Assembly (NCBI RefSeq): GCF_001194135.2
Contig: NC_068982.1
Coordinates: 112,470,477 to 112,534,476, forward strand
Length of the DNA stretch: 64,000 nt
Direction of reading: 5' to 3'
Origin: Octopus bimaculoides
Lineage: Eukaryota
Shown here one piece after another: positions 23,769-37,898 of this stretch; positions within the stretch are counted from its first letter, which is position 1; each line of letters begins with the position of its first letter. Below the pieces are notes generated by a model. That model made no database searches, was not told where the DNA came from, and saw nothing but the letters and a program-made list of their open reading frames with translations. The position numbers and the translations under genes were made by a program.

Positions 23769-25342
23769 AGTTATTTAAGTTAAAGACAATCCCAAGCAGT
23801 GAAGGCTGTCTGAATTTTATCTGTCAAATGTGGTAGAAAACGATCATGTGATTAGCCTTATAAACTTTTGTCAGTTCCCGGCTACGTCCGTGTGACTTTA
23901 TTTATTGGGCCGAAAATTAAAGCTGACACGGTTGAGTGAAAGTATCTCGTGACAGTCCTAAACAAGGCTATCAAACTTTAATCTGTCAAGTGGTAGACTG
24001 AACAGCTAAAGTCGTTAAAGTAATCTGTAGATATCGCTGCTGTTTATTTTCGAAACATTTTGGGTAGAGAGATCATTCAATTACTGAAATTGTATGTTAT
24101 CACAGGATTGCTGCACATGAAAAACTTTAAATCCATTAGTTCTGTATAAAAATTATCTTAGATTTGCAGAACCAAAATGACCATAAAATACGTTATATTT
24201 TGGTTAATGTATGCGGGTTGAAACTAACTGTAATATTTTGGAAGGGTCATACCGGAAATAAAACAAGAACATTGGTCGTATTTTACTGGTTGTATTAGCA
24301 ATCAAATTGAAGTGAAATACAATGAATGCTTGCATTTTATTGGCAAAATGACTTTCTCAAAGTATAACATACATAAGTATAAGTATAGAAATAGAGAAAT
24401 AGCTACAAAAATGATACATACATATCAATAGATAGATAAATACATAGTTAGATAGATAGATACAAACAATTCATTTCCCAGTGAACTTAACAGTTCTGAA
24501 CTGGTCCTTGTGAACTCCAAATATAGTTATCGTACATAATTTTTTAATAGTCTTCAAAGCAAAGACACTGCGGCAGGAAACAGTTATTTGGTACGTTCAG
24601 ACATTAAAATTAAACACAATGCTATATACGAAGCAGATGTTTGCTCTGTGTAGAACGACGAAGTAAAAACATCCATAAAAAATATTTACATATGAACATT
24701 TATCTATATGAGATGCATTTCTAATTATCAATATAAAAAACACAGCTATAATAATACATCCTTACTAATAAACATTACAGATCAAAGGATGCCCTGCAAC
24801 GATTAATATAATATAGAATTCCCAGTAAAGACAACGTACACACACACACGTGCACACATACACACACACACACGCACACACACGCACACACGCACGCATA
24901 CGCACACGCACGCATACACACACACAATCACACACACGCAGATTGGTACCAGAGTCAAATTTGATTTCATGTATATATATATACTTTCGTATTAATATCT
25001 ATATATATGTACACACATATATAGTTACGTTTGTCTATATATATATATATATGTATATATATNNNNNNNNNNNNNNNNNNNNNNNNNNNNNNNNNNNNNN
25101 NNNNNNNNNNNNNNNNNNNNNNNNNNNNNNNNNNNNNNNNNNNNNNNNNNNNNNNNNNNNNNNAAAACTACAGAAGGCTTGTGTTACTTGGTTAAAGTAT
25201 ATATTTAAATTTTGTCAGAAAAATGTTAGAAAAATGTTATAAAATCTTTTTGGTATATAAACATTGTATTTTGAGAAATAACCGGTTTCGTGTTGTCTTT
25301 TCAAATTTCTCTACTTCATTGTGTCGTGTTCGCTCCAGTCTG

Positions 25343-25374
<32 letters not shown>

Positions 25375-27178
25375 TAATATTTAATACTTGATTGTTGTTT
25401 TATTTTCTTGATTTTAGGAGGATGAAAAAAAATAACGTTGACTTTAGTGTGTGATTGGAACTGAGAAAGTGCACGGCCTTAACTAATCAAAATAATGCGT
25501 TCTGGTGGATTCTTATCGATTGTGCCATTCCCTGCCTTTGAAAAGATGTCATTTTTATAAAGTACTAGCATATTCAATAATTAAAACTAATAATTACCTT
25601 CATGTCTGCAGTATGTGTTTTCTTCATGCACTTAAATAAATGTGCACTTCTTAGACACTAGCCTATCTTAAAATGTTTCTTAAATAAACTTATCTTCCTT
25701 TAAAACAGCCGCACTTAATAACAATCAATTGGCTGTTGCTTATGGTAGATCGAATGTCAGCGGGAATTATAATATGAAGACAAGAAGTTCACCTGAATGA
25801 TATAAACAGTTACCGTCTTAACTGCTTTAATCCGTCTTAACTGCTGTAAAGAATTTAGGTTCAATTTCTTTAAGGAGAGCAACAAAAGTACCAGCTCGAC
25901 AAAGCCTCTTCGGTGCGGTTCTATAAGAAATGGCATTAAGATTCTACACAAGCATTAAGATTATGCACACCATCCTTCCGTAGTAAATATTTATTGTAGT
26001 CAATAAATAGGACTTCTCAAATACTGCACATACACATTTATACATTTATCTTAACATACGCATGTATATATATGCGTGTGTTTATGTGTGTGTATATAAA
26101 TATTTGTAAGAGAACACACAACAGTCGTTAGAACACCTTTGATTATAGGTCTACTCGATCAGAATCGACCTGGGGCTAAACAAGAGGAGTAACAACAAAG
26201 AAATTGGAACATTAGAACAGGAAAAAAAAAGAAAAGAATTAATAAAATAAAAGAAAGAGAGGAAGGAAAAAAGAAGAAAGACAGCACAGAAAGCGATAGC
26301 AACACACACGCACACGCACACACATATACACACACTCACACACAAACACACCTACACATATAAAGTGAACTGAGGTGGGGATATAGTTTTCCCCGTTTGT
26401 GACTTCAAATTCCCAGAGGTTGGATAACGATTGCTGTTCATTCCAACGAGATCGATTCCAAGTGTATCAGAGGTGGCTTGATTCAACTATACGCCATGCT
26501 CATTATTTCACACACGCCGTTCCTTCTAAGGAAAATCGTAACGTGGGGCAATTGTGACAGGCAAGAGCGTGGGTTTTTGTTTTTTAGTTTCCAGCAACCT
26601 CGAACATAACACCATCAGAGCCTCATATCAAAATAAGCATAAACATCACTCAAAGCAATCTGCGCCTACTCCTCCGCCCACCCACGTATCCCCCTTCTAC
26701 TTTCTCTCCTCCTCTTTCTCCTGTATAGATTGTATGTATAGACTGCAATTCAATATATTTAGTTATATTCAACATGTATAGAATAATAATAATAAAAAAG
26801 ATAGTGTTTGGGAACTTAAATTAGCAATGTTAGATTTATGCGCAGAATACGAGTTATGTCCCATTGACTGGAACGTGCATTTAATTTGAAAATAATAATA
26901 AAAAAAAATTGTTGCAACATTACTGTAGTTTGGATTATAGAAATGTCTTTTATTGTGTTGCTATTTATTCAGTAACACTATCGAAAAATAAAATCTGTTC
27001 AACTAAGCGTTAGCTATGATAATGTTAGATGTGTTCTATATATTAACATATCTTCCGGTCCAGTATTCCATTTAAGGTGATTACATTCAACATTCTATAT
27101 CGTAAACAGTAGATGTTATGCAGCGTATTTCACATAGATATATAGAAAACGGTGCTTTTTCTATTTCTTTCATTCAGT

Positions 27179-27290
27179 CTCTCTCTCTCTCTCCCTCCCT
27201 CCTTCTCTCCCTCCCTCCTTCTCTCCCTCCCTCCTTCTCTCCCTCCCTCCTTCTCTCCCTCCCTCCTTCTCTCTCTCCCTCCTTCTCTCC
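27179..27290. repeat. Polypyrimidine minisatellite, ~20-bp unit (ctccctccttctctccctcc)
   Basis: About 5 tandem units visible. Explains the SLLLSLPP ORFs. Confidence 0.85.
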
Positions 27291-27526
27291 CATACTTTGT
27301 GCATCTGTTCATGTGTACAAATGTATATGCATATATATGTGTGCATACACACACGCACACATAAAAGCAGTCATAGAATCATAAAGGCATACATATCCGT
27401 GTTAAGCATATTCATATTGTTAGTTGTAGAATACGTAAACGTGTATGCATGTATGCATATGTAAATAGATATAGACATATATATTATATATGTATGCATA
27501 TACATATATATATACACACACATATG

Positions 27527-27558
<32 letters not shown>

Positions 27559-27907
27559 NNNNNNNNNNNNNNNNNNNNNNNNNNNNNNNNNNNNNNNNNN
27601 NNNNNNNNNNNNNNNNNNNNNNNNNNNNNNNNNNNNNNNNNNNNNNNNNNNNNNNNNNNNNNNNNNNNNNNNNNNNNNNNNNNNNNNNNNNNNNNNNNNN
27701 NNNNNNNNNNNNNNNNNNNNNNNNNNNNNNNNNNNNNNNNNNNNNNNNNNNNNNNNNNNNNNNNNNNNNNNNNNNNNNNNNNNNNNNNNNNNNNNNNNNN
27801 NNNNNNNNNNNNNNNNNNNNNNNNNNNNNNNNNNNNNNNNNNNNNNNNNNNNNNNNNNNNNNNNNNNNNNNNNNNNNNNNNNNNNNNNNNNNNNNNNNNN
27901 NNNNNNN

Positions 27908-28001
<94 letters not shown>

Positions 28002-29999
28002 TATTTATGAATTATATCCACAGATGCCTCTGCATATTTGCTTTTATATGATGGCATGTGTATTTGCGTGAGTGTGTGAGTGCGCGCGTGCGTGTATTTA
28101 GCTGTGGTTTGTTTTGATGAAAGTGTATCTGAAAATTCTTGTCTCTACCGTAGAATATATTCCTGCTCACCTGTCTTTTACATTCCACTAACTGCTTTCT
28201 GTATTTGGAATTTTGAGCTACATGTGTATATAGATACAATGAACACACATACACACTCTGACTGATACACTAGCGTAAAGACTGACAAAAACTCACAGAC
28301 ACACGTACAAAATAATTTCGCAAAAATACATATTTACAATGAAACAAATATCTATGTATCTATGCGCGCACGCGTTTATGTGTGCATGTGTGTGTATGTA
28401 AGCGCGTGTGTGTCTTTATGCGTGTGCATTTATAAGTGTGATTCCAGGTGTGCATGTGTCTATATTTGGAGAGGATGATATCAACTGCATTTTTCTTAAA
28501 GTATCTACAATGTAGTGCATTTGTTCTTCTGAGAATATGGGTTTTGTGTTATCTACTATATGGGAATGCGAACATACAATATCAATTGGAACTCAGATAG
28601 AATCTGAATTTTACTACATACTGATATAAAAACGTTGTCGTTTAATGTCGCATTTCCCATCTCTTTCAAAATGCTTTTGCACACTAAACACATAGATCAC
28701 ACATAATAAAAGCATACACTCTAATGGAATTCAGGGAAGATTTCCAAATACCGCCTATAAAGAGAGTTAAAGAAACCAAATATTTTTTCTGTGTGTATTT
28801 GAAGTTCTCCAGAAATTTATTGTCTACATTTAATAGAAGGTTGAATTTTATTTTTATCGTTTATTCATTTCTTCAAAAGTCCCTATTTACTTTATTTGGT
28901 ATATTCTAATCCTTCAAACATCACCACCATTAACAAATACTGTAATATAGCAGCCTCTCAAGTAGGCAAAAAATCGATAAGTCTGTTTTCAATAACAGCC
29001 TCAAACAGCGAATTCTCTTCCCGTCACATAATCTTAGCTCCCACCGTGCTCGGTATAAGTAAGGAGCGTACTTCAAATTGAAACATTCTCGACATAATTT
29101 GGCGCCAGTAACCCCTCGTTCATACGGCTTCTCTTTTCTTTCACGAAAAATTCCGAGCACAAAATGACACTAATGTTGCTGTTATTCAAACACTCAACTG
29201 TTCTCAATTAATTCATTATCACATTATAGTATTTATGTAATAAAGACAAAAGTATTGAATCGCAGTTAAATTTAATTATACAGTTTTAGTAAATATACAG
29301 CTATCTCTGTTGTTCTGTCAGTTTTGAATTTCTCTCCATGGCAGAGAATACGTAAATTGTTCGTACGCATATCTATTAAAACGGCGTATAGAAATGTTAC
29401 CCTTATAATGTAGGCATTACATCAAACTTATTTAAGTATTTGCTGTAAAAGTATCTTTTGTTTGATCCCTCATAGAATATTAAGAGGCTATGTGGAAATT
29501 CTTCATCAATACATATTCATTACTGAGTCAACACTCACGCAGTGTACTCGCGCGATTGTTATATCTGGTACTCAATAGAAATTCAACCAACAATATGTGC
29601 AGATACAAAGAATATCGGAATTTATGTCTTCTATCATCTATTATTTTCTAAATCTTCTGCTATCTCTCAAACTACAATCTGATCAGACAAATATTCGCCA
29701 AGCCGTGATATGCCATTGATCATAGGATTTAGTATACTCCATTTACTTCGTATTGGTACTACATCTTAGAATAATTTAATGAATTGAAATAGAACACGAT
29801 ACAGGGCTTGGTCATTCATCATAATCAACACAATAGTTTGTTATTAAATTTTCACTTCTGAAAGTATTCCCTATGGAATGCTTTCCAGACTTTCTGTTCA
29901 AACCAATTTCAGCAGAATGAAATTGAATTTACTCTACGAGAAGATCAATTTCCCCACCTACTTCTAACTATTATTATCGAGTTATCAAGGGAGGTGCTA

Positions 30000-30125
30000 G
30001 GTAGTCGTTCAACGTGCTAAATACAGCAGCCAAATAACCTCAAATGACAACCTTATTGTCTTCAAAAAGAATATATTGGACAGTGTGGGTTCTAGAGAAT
30101 AAGTTCATCCTGGTGCTAAACAACG
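30000..30125 (+). repeat. Interspersed SINE-like repeat fragment (related pieces at ~32420-32480 and ~54550-54620)
   Basis: The motif cagcca(a/g)at..cct..a.atg.ca..c is shared among three sites. Identity is low and was judged by eye. Confidence 0.45.
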
Positions 30126-30616
30126 ACAACCACTACAACAGTAACCAAACCCACCCCAAGAACAGTAACAACAGCAACATTTACTAAAATTTTACTTTCT
30201 TACCTCAAAACACCGAAACGCAATTAGAAAAATTTTGTTTATTTTTGAAGTGAAAGCAAAATGTATGTGACAAATTTTTCTAAAATATATTCAGAAGATG
30301 AACTTCTGTTTAAAAATACTTTCTAAACTTTTGTTTGTACGAATCAGTTTGCTAATAGTATTTACAATTCTTGTCATTTGAATACAGCTCCTTGTTCAAG
30401 AATTGTAAAGGAATAGAACCGGAAGGGGACCAAATGCCAATACACATGCTACGATGCACAAACATACATGTATATATCTATGTATTCATATGAAGAAATA
30501 CATCTACACACACATATACATAGACAGACATACGCACGTGCACGTGCGCGCACACACACGTACACATGCACACAGAGGTTACTTAATAGAATTGTAAGAA
30601 CAGTATTTGCTCACTA

Positions 30617-30814
30617 AGGATATACTCTCGAGAGAAATTTCTCCTCTCAGACAATATGCAAAAATTCAGTGGTCTATGAATATCATCATCGAATCATGAG
30701 ATGCCTGAGTCTCCACATTGTTAAGCGCCATTAGCCAAGAATATCGAGTTCGTCTTTCGCCGTCCACAATCCGATGTTGTTTAAGAGGAGAAATTTCTAT
30801 CGAGACTACATCCT
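30617..30814. mobile_element. 198-bp MITE-like element with 41-bp imperfect terminal inverted repeats
   Basis: Left arm aggatatactctcgagagaaatttctcctctcagacaatat (30617-30657) versus the reverse complement of 30774-30814, aggatgtagtctcgatagaaatttctcctcttaaacaacat: 35/41 identical. Confidence 0.7.
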
Positions 30815-31848
30815 GAGCGACAGATCTTCCCATGTGAATACGTTAAATATGACTGTACATGAATATATTAAACGCTGTTTCTTTCGATAGAATGCACCTG
30901 TTGTGGTGAGTTCCAGCCTCATCCGCGCACACACAGAGAAAACAAGACAAAACACACACACACACGCACACACACANNNNNNNNNNNNNNNNNNNNNNNN
31001 NNNNNNNNNNNNNNNNNNNNNNNNNNNNNNNNNNNNNNNNNNNNNNNNNNNNNNNNNNNNNNNNNNNNNNNNNNNNNNNNNNNNNNNNNNNNNNNNNNNN
31101 NNNNNNNNNNNNNNNNNNNNNNNNNNNNNNNNNNNNNNNNNNNNNNNNNNNNNNNNNNNNNNNNNNNNNNNNNNNNNNNNNNNNNNNNNNNNNNNNNNNN
31201 NNNNNNNNNNNNNNNNNNNNNNNNNNNNNNNNNNNNNNNNNNNNNNNNNNNNNNNNNNNNNNNNNNNNNNNNNNNNNNNNNNNNNNNNNNNNNNNNNNNN
31301 NNNNNNNNNNNNNNNNNNNNNNNNNNNNNNNNNNNNNNNNNNNNNNNNNNNNNNNNNNNNNNNNNNNNNNNNNNNNNNNNNNNNNNNNNNNNNNNNNNNN
31401 NNNNNNNNNNNNNNNNNNNNNNNNNNNNNNNNNNNNNNNNNNNNNNNNNNNNNNNNNNNNNNNNNNNNNNNNNNNNNNNNNNNNNNNNNNNNNNNNNNNN
31501 NNNNNNNNNNNNNNNNNNNNNNNNNNNNNNNNNNNNNNNNNNNNNNNNNNNNNNNNNNNNNNNNNNNNNNNNNNNNNNNNNNNNNNNNNNNNNNNNNNNN
31601 NNNNNNNNNNNNNNNNNNNNNNNNNNNNNNNNNNNNNNNNNNNNNNNNNNNNNNNNNNNNNNNNNNNNNNNNNNNNNNNNNNNNNNNNNNNNNNNNNNNN
31701 NNNNNNNNNNNNNNNNNNNNNNNNNNNNNNNNNNNNNNNNNNNNNNNNNNNNNNNNNNNNNNNNNNNNNNNNNNNNNNNNNNNNNNNNNNNNNNNNNNNN
31801 NNNNNNNNNNNNNNNNNNNNNNNNNNNNNNNNNNNNNNNNNNNNNNNN

Positions 31849-31905
<57 letters not shown>

Positions 31906-34900
31906 CGAATACAAAAAATGGGACAAGAAGGCAACAGGCGACAACAAAACATCCAGGCAGTTAGATGATACAAAAGGACACAAGAAAAAAACAAGGACGA
32001 GTCATTCGGAGTCGGGTTCGTTCCTGATCATATTTGCAGTTTCGGCTGGTTATACTCGAGATTGCTCCAAGGAAAATCTAAGCTAAGTGCATGTATGTAT
32101 AAATAGATAGAGATGCCGGTTGAGTATCTACATAGTCGTATTTAGACGTACTACACATTTGCACTAGAATATGCGTGGTTGTTTAAATTTTCGTAACGTG
32201 TTGCTTAACTCCATTTCAACAATTCAACTCGACGACCATTGCCATTCTAACTTTGACCACATTACGTTTATTCAAATGCAGTGCATGTAATATATTCTTT
32301 CCTAATGAATATGGGAGTGTTATTCGCGGTAAATTTGGCTGCAATTTTCATCAGTGAGAACGACTTCGTTGTAGTAAACTAGTTCTCTCCAGTCATTGCA
32401 GTGTAATATACTGCCAGGCACACTAGCCAGATCTCCTTAAATGTACACCCACCAAAAAGGTGAAACGGCACATTGACTACTGCTGTATATCTGAGGAGAA
32501 CACACCGTATGGTTTTGGTTAGAATGCTCTTGATCATATGATTGTTTAATCAGTACAGACTATGGATAAACAACAACAAAAGTAACTACACCAACGAGAA
32601 CAAAAATAAGATATCTACATAATTCCAGCCGAAGAGATTGAATTAAGTCTGTATCAAAGCATTACGGATTCATAGCGCCAAAAGCTTGATCACACAGTGA
32701 TTCAGTAATAACTGAAGACTTAATCTTACAATTTCCTGGAGATATTTCGGAAGCCCCTTCCTTCATAATAATACCTTGTTCTATAGCTTCTAGAAACTAT
32801 GATACTTTTGTATTTTCAATTTCATTTCTCTACTAACGTATATCTCCTGGAAAGTCATTAATGAAAATGAATACGTTTCAATGTCTTGTTAATATTATTC
32901 AAAACAGATTATGGTGAAGTAAAATCTTATTACGTAGAATATTCATATTTCCTTTGAGTTTTGTAAATTTCGTAGGTTTTCGCTGTTTGAAATACTTTAA
33001 ACTAATTTCAATGGACAACATTTCAACGAACAGTCATATGCTATTCGTGCTATTTGATGTCGATATGAAATAGTAAATGAGTTGAGATCACATAGGTGCG
33101 TTTGCCACATCGATCTCACTGATCTAGGAAGGCCTGAAATGGCTATAAGGACAACCTCTTCTTTGCTACCAAACAAACAAAAAAAAAATATCAAACCGTG
33201 GTGAAAAGTAAAAGTATTCTAAAATGTAGGAAATTATGTTATAATCTCCTACTACTCTTTCTCTTCTACCTGCTGCCTCTGCTTCTTCTTCACCCCCTTC
33301 CTCCTCCTCCTACTGCTGCTGCTGTATGTAGTAAAATTGGTACTGTAATGCTGTAAAAGTGGTACTGTAAGTAAACGCAAGAACAAGGTCTGAGATAGTA
33401 TATGTCTATCCAATCAAGCAAAAGAATCAAGGCCAATTGGATAGATATTTTTGCTCAAAACACGCAATAACCTTTCTCTAAGGAAATGAAAATGTTTCCC
33501 AAATATAAAAAAAACTGGAGAAAAGAGCTGGCGTAGAAGCCGATCATGAATTCAAAGTCTATGAGCCCTGTGCACTGGTAATAACGAGCATATGACGATA
33601 AAGATAAGATGGAAAAATAAAGGTGGCATACGTCCAGTGACCAGCAATCTAGAACTCCCCCTAAAACATTGCATATCACAGAAACGGCAAGAAAACCGTG
33701 TGAAAAGGATCTTCTCAACTCTAAATTCCATTAATATTCTGTTCTACTCATAAAAAACGAAAACTTGATGACAGATATAAAGGATATAAATGATCATTAT
33801 GAGAAAAATACCAGTTTGAGAAGAGATAGTCTCCAATACCGTAGTGCGTAGAAAAGCCAGTACTCTCATGAAAAACGCAGAAACGTACATCCCAAAAATT
33901 TGAGCCAACCACTATGGTATTTTTCTTGAGCGCTCTGATACTAGAATTTTCCATGGCCGTATTTAGAGTAAACAACAACAATACAAGCACAAGAAATGAT
34001 AGGAGTAGGTGATGATGATCCACTTAAAGACGGGCTACTATATCTGATTTTTTTTATATATCTAAATTATACTTCATTATTTTATATCTTTTACCTATTT
34101 ATTATTTTCGGTATTTATTATGGGCAGTTAAAACAATTTTTAGTCTGTTCTGCGAACGAGTAGACATTATGCTTAATTTCAGAATCCACTGTTCGTCGGC
34201 CAGTCAAAAGTTTGCCATTGCGTATAAAGCTGTTGTCAATTGATTTAATTATGAAGATAGTGGTACTAATTGTATTTGGTATGGTTGGGTAGAACTTGTA
34301 TTTGGCCTTCGTTAGTCATTAAAGTTTGATAGGAAGGCGAACGGGGCAAAATCGAGAAATGTTGTCTTCCAATGAATTTTATAAAGTAGAATTGAAGGTG
34401 ATGAATCTGATGTAGATGAAATGGATTTACGTCTGAAGGCAACAGTAATTCATAGTTTTGAGGTACCTTGAAACTCCTTGAATAGCAACTTATATTTCTC
34501 CCTCAGTTTCTTTGACTAGAGTAACAATATAATTATACTGGTAATCTAAACGATGAAAGATAGCAACATGTCAAAATAATACCAAATACTAGTTAACTCT
34601 ATTAAACATCTTCAAATTAATCCTTGCATCAATATTTTATCGGATATAATTTTACGTGACTAACTCCAAGCATTTTTTATGACCAAAAATCAATGACAAC
34701 TGAATGCATGTCATTTACCTAAGGACCAAGCGATTTCTGATAAAATGATTCTAAAAGAACAAGAAAAATAATCTTTCAGTGAGAAATTAGTAATGCCAGA
34801 AATGAAATTAGAGTTGTTGTCTATAAGCTTACAGAAGCATTAAAGAAAAATATGCTAGAACTAAACAATTACTGAATGCAAGGTTAATAAAAGAAAACTG

Positions 34901-35590
34901 TATATACAAAGAGAATTTTATGTTATACTTTTTACTCTGCTTGAAACAAAGAAGTCTGCAAGGTTTCCAGCTTGTGGAAATAAGAGAAATTTACTTATCC
35001 GATATGTACTGAGTGCTAAAAGGATCAATATATAAGTAATAGACAGAGATAATATTTACTATTAGAATATTCAAGTCATACGCTCTGAAAGTCAATCGGC
35101 TAGATCTGGAAGCAACAGCTTAAAAGAAAAAGAGAAATGAATATTATATAGAAAAAATGAAGCAAGTACACAGTCGGTTGTACGGCATTACATTATAAAA
35201 TGTGCACATAAATTAGCGATGATATAAACGATTGCAAGCATTACTAAATAAACAATATACAAGTAGAATCCAGAAGGCATATTATGTTAATAAAATAAAC
35301 AAGATCATAGAAAATCAACTTTAATAAAGGAAATAAATTTAACAAAGAATTACTACAGAAATTTTAATTAGATGTGCGGTTATTATGTTTGTCTATCAAT
35401 ACGGACAAGCATAATATAATAGCTTTGGCGTAGACTAATGAGTGGAGTAGTTTCCCAATATGGTCATTATGACTATTTCAACTTTTGGTTAGTTAGTCGT
35501 TTAAGGGGTTAAAAGCCAAATATATGTCATTGCTCTAGCGATTACCTATGTAAATAAATACTTCAATGTACTTTTTGGTGATCTCTCTCT

Positions 35591-35641
<51 letters not shown>

Positions 35642-35654
35642 NNNNNNNNNNNNN

Positions 35655-35713
<59 letters not shown>

Positions 35714-37777
35714 AAAACATATATGTGTATACATGTATATACTTATACACGAACAGAAACATGTACGTTCATAACTGTATCTATGTGTAGATGTGGATTA
35801 AGTCACACACACAGATACACAAGTGGACCAATATGTATCTGTTCCGTGACATACAAAATTAATGATTTAGTCATTAATAATTTCGCCAAAACAAACAGTC
35901 TGGGATCAATTCAATTTAAATTTAACTATGAACAAAGACAATTTTTAGTATTACACTGCATTTATGTACTTTTAATATTAGTTTACTAAACAACATATAT
36001 TAAATGTCATGCAACATTTGACTTCAAATTTTCTTTTAATTATTCATTCAGTGTATATTAATTGAAACTTCGTTGCATGCGTATCAGTCCACTTCTAGAT
36101 AAGTGACAGCTGAGTGTTAATTTTCAGCATAATTTGTCTAGATTCGAACCGGATAGCGTAATTCCTGGTTGCCGTGTTTTAAAGATATTTGCTTCGCGGC
36201 AAAATTTCTAGACAGCAACATCACAAACATTCAGGTATATGCATTTTTTATGTCTATTATTTTTTTCTGTTAGATTTGAATTTATCCCATGTCAAGAGAA
36301 TCAAATATAATTCCATATGTACCAATATTCTTACACTTTCTCCATTGAAGTCTCCACTCGAATTACCTTTCACAAATTGCTATCATTTCATGTTACTCAA
36401 ATGGTCTTTATTCTTGTAGCAATTATTTGTTATCACATTTTTGAATTTATTGTTGAGAGGTTTCGTGGAAATTAGCAATTTATATTTTCCTGAAAATTTC
36501 AATCATTGTTTTTGTATACAATTGTTAATTATTCGAGAATGATGATCGGTCGGTAAGGATCAAGTAGACATGTCACTATGGTGACAACATACGGTCAAGG
36601 TAGGAATTAGTAATTTGATATGTTATATAATGTTTAACGACGTATAATTAGTTGTAAGGACAATACAGACTTACGTTGAGTAAAAGAAGAAAGGAATATA
36701 TATATCAAACTTTCGATAGTCTGTTTCTGCATAATAACGACAGTGAATTGATTGCTGTATATTATCTATAGCAAAGAAGCTGAGTTGATTATGTACAGCA
36801 TTACAGCGAGCCTATCACATGAAAACTATTATGGATATATATCCGTTGGTCAATGTCATAGACAATTTGCAGCCATCAGATTTGATTGAACTATCACTGT
36901 GTATTTACATTACTATTGATTTTCTCTTAGCGTTATATTAATTCAATATAAACAACCATTGTAATCACTGTGATTTAAATACGATATTTTGCGCAAAAAA
37001 ATATCTGCTTTGATTCATCAAATAATTGTTCAGGTAGTCAATAGTAGATGTATATGCAGCTAGGATAAACATATCCCGTGACACTATCTGAATGAAAACA
37101 ATAGTTGAGCAAGTGCACTAAACGTAACAAGTAATGAGAAAGAATATGTTTTGCTAAAGAGGTGTGATAAGATCGAAAAATGTCTAGACTTTTCTGTGTT
37201 TACTAAATATTAGATAACACGTAGTTCACGAAATTATGTTTTCATCTTTTTATTGTATGTACAATTCTCATTCTTATCTAATTAATTATATTTGGGAGTA
37301 GTCACCTCATACTTTAACCAAATTTGATTAACAATAATTGTTACTCAAATAATATAACTCTATAGATTAAGTAGTTAATACTCAGTCATTGTACTCATAT
37401 GATCATGTCCAACTATTAGAAGTACAGACCATTTAGTAGCATATGAAGTTTAAAACTGTGGCGCAGACTATTTAACTCTTTACGAGATTAAAGTCCTCAG
37501 CTAACATTGTTATCTACCAGAAGTAGTTTGAAATCCCATGCACTTAGAATTCGAGTTGCTTCTTCATCTCCATTGCTAAGCAGTCAAGGAATATATAATC
37601 GTCTACAAAAAGATCTAGGTGCTATATTTAACATATAAATGAACTGAACAACATGTACTTTAATGCATAAAATTTTCAACATCTTTGCTTCTTTCACAGC
37701 AAGAAACTGGGAACTGAGTTGCAATATCGAATCTAAAAGCCATTGACGTCTGTTGTTGTTCTTTTAGTAAATTCTCC

Positions 37778-37876
<99 letters not shown>

Positions 37877-37898
37877 GTATATGTGTGTGTGTGTGTGT
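37778..37898. repeat. (AT)n(GT)n compound microsatellite
   Basis: Seen directly. Confidence 0.95.

Noticed and set aside
28930-29160. EKPY...CREC zinc-finger-like peptide
   Set aside because: It lacks the C2H2 spacing and His pair. The neighbouring frames are broken and no family could be assigned.
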